Assembly: GCA_002787815.1 (NCBI GenBank)
Contig: PCUY01000062.1
Span: forward strand, 7,323-71,322
DNA from: Bacteroidetes bacterium CG12_big_fil_rev_8_21_14_0_65_60_17
GTDB taxonomy: Bacteria > Bacteroidota > Rhodothermia > Rhodothermales > UBA10348
Direction of reading: 5' to 3'
DNA: 64,000 bases
Part shown: in pieces, positions 57,318 to 64,000 of the stretch
How the letters are laid out: every line of letters starts with the position of its first letter
How positions within the stretch are numbered: the stretch's first letter is position 1
Notes under the pieces: model-generated
What the model saw: the letters and a program-made list of their open reading frames with translations, nothing else
Database searches by the model: none
What the model was told of the DNA's origin: nothing
Translations under genes and position numbers: made by a program

Positions 57318-59081
57318 CTATTTCACCAGGAGGCGAAGCTCTTCAATGCGCCGGACCACCGTTTCGCGGTCCATGGTACGATAGCGCTCCGGGAGCAGGG
57401 CGCGGGAAGTGCACTCCATGACAGCGACCAGGGTCTGGAGCTCCACTTCCAGCGGGTAGGTGGGCGGCATGAAGTCCTCGACCACTTCCTGCAGTATGCG
57501 TGGCGTCACGTGCCCCTTCGTACGACCATCGGCGGCCGCCCGGAATCGGGCCCGAATCAGGAGTGCCTCCATGTCGGCACCGGAAAACGTGCGCTCGCCG
57601 TTGAGGAGTGCATCGGGAACGTCACTCATTTTCAGGTCCACTCCGGTACGTTTCATCATCACGGTAAGCAGTTCTTCTCGCTCGGCCCGCGTGGATGGAT
57701 AGAAGAGGGCAATGTGCTCTTCGGCCCGCCCCTGCCGCTTGAGATCGACCGGCATGTAGTCCGGGCGGGCCGTCAGCAAAAAGAAAATGATCTTTCCGCG
57801 GTGCTCGGTCTTACTCATGAACTGTGCAATCTGTCCGAACACGCGTTTCGATACACCGGAGTCACCGCCGGCATCCCGGTCTCCGAGTGCGGCATCGGCC
57901 TCGTCAATCATGACCGCGACCGGTGTCATGGCTTCCAGCAGGGCCAGGATCTTTTCCAGGTTGGCCTCGGTCTGTCCCTGCCACTGGCTGCGGAAATTCT
58001 TCAGCTTCACCATCGGGATGCCCAGCTCTCCGGCGAAGCAGAGGATGCTGAATGTCTTGCCCGTGCCGACGGGGCCACTGACGAGGTAGCCCATGGGAAG
58101 TACATCCCGGAAACCGGCCTGAAGTGCTTTTGCCGCTTTTCTGAGATGCGACTTGGCTTCCGTGTGACCGGCCACGTGGTCCAGCGTCAAATCCGTTTCA
58201 ACGAACTCCAGCATGCCATAGGCTTCGGCTTCAATGAACTCCTTCTTCAGGTCGGACAGCGTATCGAACGTAAGTTCCGTTCCGTTTTCAAGCACGTCGG
58301 CCAGGATGGTCCGCAGCTGGATGAAGCCGAGACCGGCGGTCTGAGCGGCCAGCGCGTCCACATCGACTTCCGACCGGCCGGCGAATACGTCCTCGCGACC
58401 GCGCAGGTACCACGATGCAAATGCGTGGCGCGGGGCTTCCGAAGGAATGGGGATCTGGATTTCCGCCGTGTACGGGCTCTGCACCATCTGCTGGTTCAGT
58501 TCCGACAGGTTCTGGGCTACGAGCGTGACTGTGAAGTCACTGGCCATGAAGAGCGGATCGTGGGACCACTTCTGGAGGAAGACCAGTGCATTGCGGTCCT
58601 CGGACGAATACGAACCTGCGTCCGACATCGGAACCACTGTCTCCGCGTAGTCAATGACGCACGCAATGCGGACCCCGTCGGCCAGGCGAATGCGGAAATA
58701 ATTCTCAAGGATGGAGAAGACCCGGACCGGGTCTTTGGGGAGCTTCTGCGCATATTCGGTGCCGAATATGGTGTCATAGCCGCTGAGGGCCTGATTGAAG
58801 TCCCGCCGGGACGCTTTGTCGGCAAAGTGGATACCGCTCGAGCGGTCGAAGAACAGCACCACGTCGCGCGAGGCGAACAGATCGCCCACCAGGAAATCGG
58901 TGAGCGACACGTAGGTGTCATCGCCCTGCTCATCCCGCGTGGGCACGAGATCCCGGACCGCGCCATACAGAATGAACTGCGTAAGGGTCTTCGTGAAATA
59001 CTTGCGGGCAAATTCGCGCGCCCATGCAGGGTAATGAGCGGTGTATTTTTCCAGCAACGATGGCTCTCGGGCGTCAGGCAA
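57318..59081 (-). CDS. AAA+ ATPase with degenerate N-terminal and intact C-terminal AAA module (Ycf46/SpoVK-like)
   Basis: Walker A GPVGTGKT, Walker [30 protein letters not shown]; TTG start overlaps fbaB stop. Confidence 0.88.
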   Translation of the reverse strand: MPDAREPSLLEKYTAHYPAWAREFARKYFTKTLTQFILYGAVRDLVPTRDEQGDDTYVSLTDFLVGDLFASRDVVLFFDRSSGIHFADKASRRDFNQALSGYDTIFGTEYAQKLPKDPVRVFSILENYFRIRLADGVRIACVIDYAETVVPMSDAGSYSSEDRNALVFLQKWSHDPLFMASDFTVTLVAQNLSELNQQMVQSPYTAEIQIPIPSEAPRHAFASWYLRGREDVFAGRSEVDVDALAAQTAGLGFIQLRTILADVLENGTELTFDTLSDLKKEFIEAEAYGMLEFVETDLTLDHVAGHTEAKSHLRKAAKALQAGFRDVLPMGYLVSGPVGTGKTFSILCFAGELGIPMVKLKNFRSQWQGQTEANLEKILALLEAMTPVAVMIDEADAALGDRDAGGDSGVSKRVFGQIAQFMSKTEHRGKIIFFLLTARPDYMPVDLKRQGRAEEHIALFYPSTRAEREELLTVMMKRTGVDLKMSDVPDALLNGERTFSGADMEALLIRARFRAAADGRTKGHVTPRILQEVVEDFMPPTYPLEVELQTLVAVMECTSRALLPERYRTMDRETVVRRIEELRLLVK

Positions 59082-60153
59082 TGGTCACGTCTTTGTTGAG
59101 ATAAATGTCCTGGATGGCGTTCAGGATGCCAACGCCTTCATCCATGGGGCGCTGGAACGCCTTGCGACCCGAAATCAGGCCCATACCACCAGCGCGCTTG
59201 TTGATTACGGCAGTCCGGACGGCCTGTTGCAGATCATTGTCACCAGAGGCCCCGCCTGAGTTGATGAGCCCCGCTCGTCCCATGTAGCCGTTGGCCACCT
59301 GATAGCGCGTCAGGTCGATCGGATGGTCGGACGACAATTCCGTGTAGATGCGCTCGTCGAGCTTCCCGTAGCTGGAATTACCCGAGTTCAATGCCTTGTA
59401 ACCGCCGTTCTGGGTCGGCTGCTTCTGTTTCAGGACATCGGCCTGTATAGTCGCGCCCAGATGGTTGGCCTGTCCTGTCAGGTCCGCACTCGTCTCATGA
59501 TTCACACCGTCCACCTTGAATCCGGAGTTTCGCATGTAGCACCACAGGATCGTCATCATTCCCAACTCGTGCGCGATAGCAAACATTTCCGAGACTTCCT
59601 CGAGTTGCCGGTTCGATTCCTCCGACCCGAAATAGATAGTGGCACCGACGCCCACGCAGCCCATGTTCCAGGCCTCTTCAATACGCGAAAAAAGGATCTG
59701 GTCGTAGGTATTCGGGTGGGTGAGCAGCTCGTTGTGGTTGAACTTCAGGATGAACGGAATGCGGTGGGCATACCGGCGGGCGACCGATCCTAGCACGCCG
59801 TACGTGGAGGCGACACCGTTGCATCCACCCTCGATAGCCAGTTTGACAATGTTTTCCGGGTCGAAATAGATGGGGTTTTTGGCGAAAGAGGCGCCTGCTG
59901 CGTGCTCAATGCCCTGGTCGACGGGAAGAATGGACACGAATCCCGTACCGCCGAGCCGGCCATGACCGAAGAGCTGCTGCATGGAGCGCAGGACCTGGGG
60001 ATTGCGGTCGGAGTCCATCCAGACCCGCTCGACGAAGTCCGGCCCTGGAAGGTGCAGCAGACTCCTGTCAATGGTCGTGCTCTTGTGCTCGAGCAGGTGG
60101 GAGGCTTCGTCGCCCAGGATGTCGGCAATGCGGGTAATGGAAAGATCAGGCAT
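59074..60153 (-). CDS. fbaB: Class I fructose-bisphosphate aldolase
   Basis: [48 protein letters not shown] (Schiff-base Lys), [20 protein letters not shown]. Confidence 0.96.
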   Translation of the reverse strand: MPDLSITRIADILGDEASHLLEHKSTTIDRSLLHLPGPDFVERVWMDSDRNPQVLRSMQQLFGHGRLGGTGFVSILPVDQGIEHAAGASFAKNPIYFDPENIVKLAIEGGCNGVASTYGVLGSVARRYAHRIPFILKFNHNELLTHPNTYDQILFSRIEEAWNMGCVGVGATIYFGSEESNRQLEEVSEMFAIAHELGMMTILWCYMRNSGFKVDGVNHETSADLTGQANHLGATIQADVLKQKQPTQNGGYKALNSGNSSYGKLDERIYTELSSDHPIDLTRYQVANGYMGRAGLINSGGASGDNDLQQAVRTAVINKRAGGMGLISGRKAFQRPMDEGVGILNAIQDIYLNKDVTIA

Positions 60154-60186
60154 GGGGTCGTCCGAAAATATGTTGGTTACCCCATG

Positions 60187-61323
60187 TTACCGGTTTTGAG
60201 GCCATCGGGCAAGACGGAGTTCTTCCGGAATCGCTTCCGGAGAGCGGAAATAATGGTGAAGTTCGTCGGCCAGGAGGGGAGCGAGCAGCAGTCCTTTCGA
60301 ACCAAGACCGGCAAAAACCCACACTTCCGACTGCCCGGGTACGGGGCCGATCATGGGCAGGCGTGTGCCGGGAACGGTGGCCCGGCAGCCCGCAAGGCGC
60401 TCCACGATGCGGGCGTTTTCCAGGGCCGGGACCATGCGGGATGCCCTTGCCATGAGGGCGTCTCCCATGTTCGGGTCGGGGGTCAGGTCCACGAATGTAT
60501 GTTCGTACGTACTCCCGACGAACAACGTGTCGCCCTCGTCAACGATATACCCGTGACCCGAGAGTGCGGGCAGGGGAAGCAGGCCTACGGGACGTTCTAT
60601 GCGTACGGACTGCCCTTTGACCGCGTGCAGGTGGAGTCGTGGCAGGCGGGTGTGCAGGAACGTACTCGACCACGGGCGCAGAAGGTGGTTTCCAATGCAG
60701 AGCAACAGGCGCCGCGTGTGGACCGTACCATCCACGCCGCCCAGTTGCACTTCGAGAAGAGCCTGGGCCGCCGGTTTGGATTCATTGCCTGCGCGCCAGG
60801 AGACGAGCGTCGCGGGAAACCGTACGTCAGCGCCCCTGGCCCGGGCCAGATCCACAGCCGCACGGACAAGTCGTGGAATGGAAACCGCGAAACCGGCTTG
60901 GACCACCAATATTCCGTATGGTGCATGGACCTGCGGCCAGTCCCGGGGCGCTGGAATCCATGTTCCGAGGTCGGGATGCTCCCGGGCCGCCCTTTCAAAA
61001 TCCTCCGCCTGGGCCTCGTCCTGGGCCGGCCGGAGCACGCCCCGGGCGTGCGGTGCTCCCCGTCCGCAGTGCGCAGGCGCGGCATGCACTGTGTGCTCCA
61101 GAAGCCTTTCGAGGGCTGACAGCGCCTCTCTGGCTCTCCATGGCGGACGTGCACGGCGCGCCATGAGGGGGTTCACGAGACCGGCACCCACGCCACTGGC
61201 ACCAGCCGCCGGGCCTGTGGCATCGACCAGGAGCACACGCTCGTGCCTCGAGAGCGATGCGGCGGCACAGGCACCCGCCAAACCTGCACCGACTATCAGC
61301 GTATCATATGCACTCTTCACCAT
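60187..61323 (-). CDS. FAD-dependent oxidoreductase (DAO / MnmC C-terminal-like)
   Basis: IVGAGLAG, GASGVGAGLVNP, VKGQ, VGSTYE, LPMIG, GLGSKGLLLAP. Confidence 0.88.
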   Translation of the reverse strand: MVKSAYDTLIVGAGLAGACAAASLSRHERVLLVDATGPAAGASGVGAGLVNPLMARRARPPWRAREALSALERLLEHTVHAAPAHCGRGAPHARGVLRPAQDEAQAEDFERAAREHPDLGTWIPAPRDWPQVHAPYGILVVQAGFAVSIPRLVRAAVDLARARGADVRFPATLVSWRAGNESKPAAQALLEVQLGGVDGTVHTRRLLLCIGNHLLRPWSSTFLHTRLPRLHLHAVKGQSVRIERPVGLLPLPALSGHGYIVDEGDTLFVGSTYEHTFVDLTPDPNMGDALMARASRMVPALENARIVERLAGCRATVPGTRLPMIGPVPGQSEVWVFAGLGSKGLLLAPLLADELHHYFRSPEAIPEELRLARWPQNR

Positions 61324-61399
61324 TGTCCTCACGGTACCGTCCCGTTACCATGCGTACGTTACGTACTACCGATCACTTCAGCACAGTATAGATTCCGAC

Positions 61400-62539
61400 A
61401 TGAATCCAAGGGAATCCGATACACTCATCATTGGGGGAGGCATCATTGGGCTCTCCATTGCATGGCGACTGGCACGGACCGGACACCGCGTAATTGTCCT
61501 GGAGCGCGGTTCGGCCGGTGGCGAGGCCTCGCGCATGGCCGCCGGTATGTTGGCGGCGACGGCCGAGGTCGGGTATGAGGAGTTCGATCTCTACGCCCTG
61601 TGTACGGACGCGGTCAGGCGGTGGCCATCGTTCGCATCCGAACTTGAGGAAGACAGCGGTATTTCCGTTGATTTCCGCTCCCAGGGTACGATGGTCGCTG
61701 CCCGGGACCCGGATGCGGCCAGCGCGCTGCGCCGCGCGTTCGAATTCCAGCAGGAACACGGGTTCGAGGTTTCGTGGCTGACGCGGGCCGAGGCGCTGGA
61801 CCGCGAACCGTTCCTGTCACCGCGCATAGCAGCTGCCGTCTACGCTGCGGATGACCACTCTGTTGATAACCGCGCCGTTACGCGGGCCCTTGTTGCCGCC
61901 ATACGTGCGCTCGGTGGTCGCGTCGAAGAAGAGACCGAGGTGACGGATGTCTTGATGGATACGCAAGGCGGAGACCACCGCGTGCACACCGCCCCTGGAA
62001 ACGCCGATTGGTCCGCCGGGCAGATTGTCCTGGCGGCCGGAGCGTGGTCGCATGACCTGGCCGGGCTGCCGGAAGTGGCCCGGCCACCGGTGCGTCCGGT
62101 CAAGGGCCAGATTCTGACCCTGCGCATGGAGGCTCCGTTTCGGCTGGAGCATGTTGTGCGCGGCACGCGCGCCTATCTGGTGCCGCGGACCAATGGTCGA
62201 CTGGTCGTAGGCGCAACGAGCGAGGAAATGGGCTTCAACACCGAGCTTACGGCAGGTGGCCTCTGGTCTGTTCTCGACGGTGCGTGGGAGCTTGTGCCCG
62301 GCATCCTTGACCTGCCGGTAATGGAAACCAGTGTGGGACTGCGGCCGGGCAGCCGGGACCACCAGCCCATTGTTGGCTGGAGCGACGTTCCCGGCCTTTT
62401 CGTGGCCACCGGCCATTACCGGCATGGTGTCGTCCTGTCTTCTTCAACCGCCGACGCTGCCGCCAATGTGCTGCTGGGCGGCGACATGCCGGCCATTATG
62501 CATCCGTTTTCTCCCACCAGATTCCGGGTAGAGGCATGA
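61400..62539 (+). CDS. thiO: Glycine oxidase ThiO
   Basis: IIGGGIIGLSIAW, ASRMAAGML, PVKGQ, YLVPR, GLRPGS, TGHYRHG; adjacent to thiS/thiG. Confidence 0.93.
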   Translation: MNPRESDTLIIGGGIIGLSIAWRLARTGHRVIVLERGSAGGEASRMAAGMLAATAEVGYEEFDLYALCTDAVRRWPSFASELEEDSGISVDFRSQGTMVAARDPDAASALRRAFEFQQEHGFEVSWLTRAEALDREPFLSPRIAAAVYAADDHSVDNRAVTRALVAAIRALGGRVEEETEVTDVLMDTQGGDHRVHTAPGNADWSAGQIVLAAGAWSHDLAGLPEVARPPVRPVKGQILTLRMEAPFRLEHVVRGTRAYLVPRTNGRLVVGATSEEMGFNTELTAGGLWSVLDGAWELVPGILDLPVMETSVGLRPGSRDHQPIVGWSDVPGLFVATGHYRHGVVLSSSTADAAANVLLGGDMPAIMHPFSPTRFRVEA

Positions 62540-62754
62540 GTGCACCACATTGTCAGGTCAACGGAGAAAAGTACGCCCTGCGGATCGGAACCACGATTTC
62601 GGACCTCATTCGAGCGGAAGGCCTCAATCCGGAATCCGTCCGGGGCGTTGCGGTGGCCCTGAACAATACCGTAATTCGCAAAAACGAGTGGTCCGGGACC
62701 GTTGTGAACGAGGGTGACAGGATCGAAATTGTAACCGCACAACAAGGCGGGTGA
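62536..62754 (+). CDS. thiS: Sulfur carrier protein ThiS
   Basis: VNGE, VAVALN, GDRIEIV, C-terminal GG. Confidence 0.95.
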   Translation: MSAPHCQVNGEKYALRIGTTISDLIRAEGLNPESVRGVAVALNNTVIRKNEWSGTVVNEGDRIEIVTAQQGG

Positions 62755-63554
62755 GCGCTATGGAACAGGAAGACTACTTTGAAGTCGGTGGCCTGCAGCT
62801 CCGGTCGAGACTGCTTATCGGGTCGAGCGGGTATCCAAGCCCGCAGGTCATGCTGGAAGCCGTCGAAGCATCCGGAAGTGAACTGCTCACGGTGGCCATA
62901 CGGCGCGTGAATCTGGGCGATATGTCGGGCGAGAGCCTGCTTGGTATGCTCAAGTCGCTGCCGGTTCACCTGCTCCCGAATACGGCGGGGTGCTACACGG
63001 CCAGGGAAGCGGTACTCCTGGCGGAACTGGCACGCGAAGCCCTCGAAACGAACCTCGTAAAACTTGAGGTGATCGGGGATGACGAGACCCTCATGCCCGA
63101 TGTGGAGCAGCTTCTCCAGGCGGCTCGCACGTTGATCGATTCAGGATTTACCGTCATGGCCTACGCGAACGATGATCCCATAACGTGCCGGAAGTTGGCC
63201 GATATGGGGTGTGCTGCCGTCATGCCGCTCGCATCTCCCATCGGGAGCGGTATGGGGCTCACGAACCCGTACAACCTGGCTCTCATCCGCGAACTCATCC
63301 CGGATGTCCCCCTTCTGGTGGATGCGGGCATTGGTACCGCCAGCGACGCAGCGCATGCGATGGAGCTCGGATACGACGGCATACTCCTGAATACGGCCGT
63401 GTCACAGGCCAAACATCCGGTCCAGATGGCGACGGCCATGCGGTATGCTGTGAACGCCGGACGCATGGCCTGGCTCGCGGGTCGCATTCCCCGACGACGC
63501 TATGCGCAGGCGTCCTCGCCGAGCGAAGGTCGTATTGAAGCCACTCCGACATGA
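62751..63554 (+). CDS. thiG: Thiazole synthase
   Basis: [39 protein letters not shown]. Confidence 0.97.
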   Translation: MSAMEQEDYFEVGGLQLRSRLLIGSSGYPSPQVMLEAVEASGSELLTVAIRRVNLGDMSGESLLGMLKSLPVHLLPNTAGCYTAREAVLLAELAREALETNLVKLEVIGDDETLMPDVEQLLQAARTLIDSGFTVMAYANDDPITCRKLADMGCAAVMPLASPIGSGMGLTNPYNLALIRELIPDVPLLVDAGIGTASDAAHAMELGYDGILLNTAVSQAKHPVQMATAMRYAVNAGRMAWLAGRIPRRRYAQASSPSEGRIEATPT

Positions 63555-64000
63555 AAACGCTGCCCAGACTCCTCCTGATTGCTGACCGGTTTACGCGTCC
63601 TGACGTGGCGCACCGGGTTCGCATGGCGGTACAGAGGGGAGTTCCGTGGGTGCAATTTCGGGATCATGAGGCATCGATGGATGCGATAGAGTTCACGACG
63701 GAAGCGCTCCTTCGCGACCTGTACAGGCTCAACCCGGATGTCCTGGTGTCCATGAACTCCCATCTCACCCGTGCTGAGGCGCTGAATTTACCGCTGCACA
63801 CGGGGTTTCACGGCGTATCGACGACCGAGGCGGTCAACGTACTGGGAGACAACCACCTGGTAGGCACGTCTGTACATTCCCGTTTTGAGGCCGTGGATGC
63901 GTTCCGGGATGGCGCAAAATATGTCACATTCAGCCCGGTTTTCGATTCCCCGAGTCATCCGCAGCAGAAAGGATGGGGCGTCGATATGCTGGCGAAGGTG
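63551..64000 (+). CDS. thiE: Thiamine phosphate synthase / TenI family, 3'-truncated by window edge
   Basis: Own translation [13 protein letters not shown]...VQFRDH...VGTSVHS...[16 protein letters not shown]; ATGA overlap with thiG; not in the ORF track because no stop occurs in the window. Confidence 0.8.
   Translation, partial: MKTLPRLLLIADRFTRPDVAHRVRMAVQRGVPWVQFRDHEASMDAIEFTTEALLRDLYRLNPDVLVSMNSHLTRAEALNLPLHTGFHGVSTTEAVNVLGDNHLVGTSVHSRFEAVDAFRDGAKYVTFSPVFDSPSHPQQKGWGVDMLAKV

Noticed and set aside
56424-59099. 891-aa + strand ORF
   Set aside because: Antisense shadow of the AAA+, EutN/CcmL and amidohydrolase genes; no recognisable motifs; typical of high-GC DNA.
60599-61399. N-terminal extension of thiO (646 aa in the track)
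   Set aside because: Antisense to the FAD oxidoreductase; the Rossmann motif begins just after ATG 61400.
1-64000. CRISPR array, prophage, integrase/transposase or anti-phage defence island
   Set aside because: No repeat-spacer periodicity or such genes seen; mazG, the CPBP protease and the HD protein sit in housekeeping contexts.

Overview
GC-rich bacterial chromosomal segment. The gene content (T9SS porU/porV, gldE-like CNNM protein near ssb, alpha2-type GlyRS, Bacteroidota-style peptidoglycan recycling genes) points to the Rhodothermota/Bacteroidota lineage; this assignment is inference. It holds about 56 CDS, mostly housekeeping (glyQS, nadA, mutL, tilS, hpt, kynU, accD, tsaB, an EF-G paralog, holB, purF, ssb, mazG, fbaB, thiO/S/G/E), two tRNAs (Arg-CCG, Met-CAT) and several intrinsic terminators. 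I saw no CRISPR array, prophage or transposase. Most notable observations: (1) a two-gene unit of a membrane-anchored peptidoglycan amidase followed 2 bp later by a MamK-like (magnetosome-type) actin, with no other mam genes in the window, next to tRNA-Met; (2) a lone bacterial-microcompartment vertex (EutN/CcmL) gene in an apparent operon with class I aldolase, a tandem AAA+ ATPase and three exported amidohydrolase-fold proteins, two of which lack catalytic residues; (3) a 300-bp MITE whose removal restores the original hpt stop codon, plus an 18-bp minimal relative; (4) a candidate orphan small RNA; (5) a split sensor / HisKA-only pair; (6) a sigma factor with two region-4-like segments. All family assignments come from motif recognition by eye; no database search was run.
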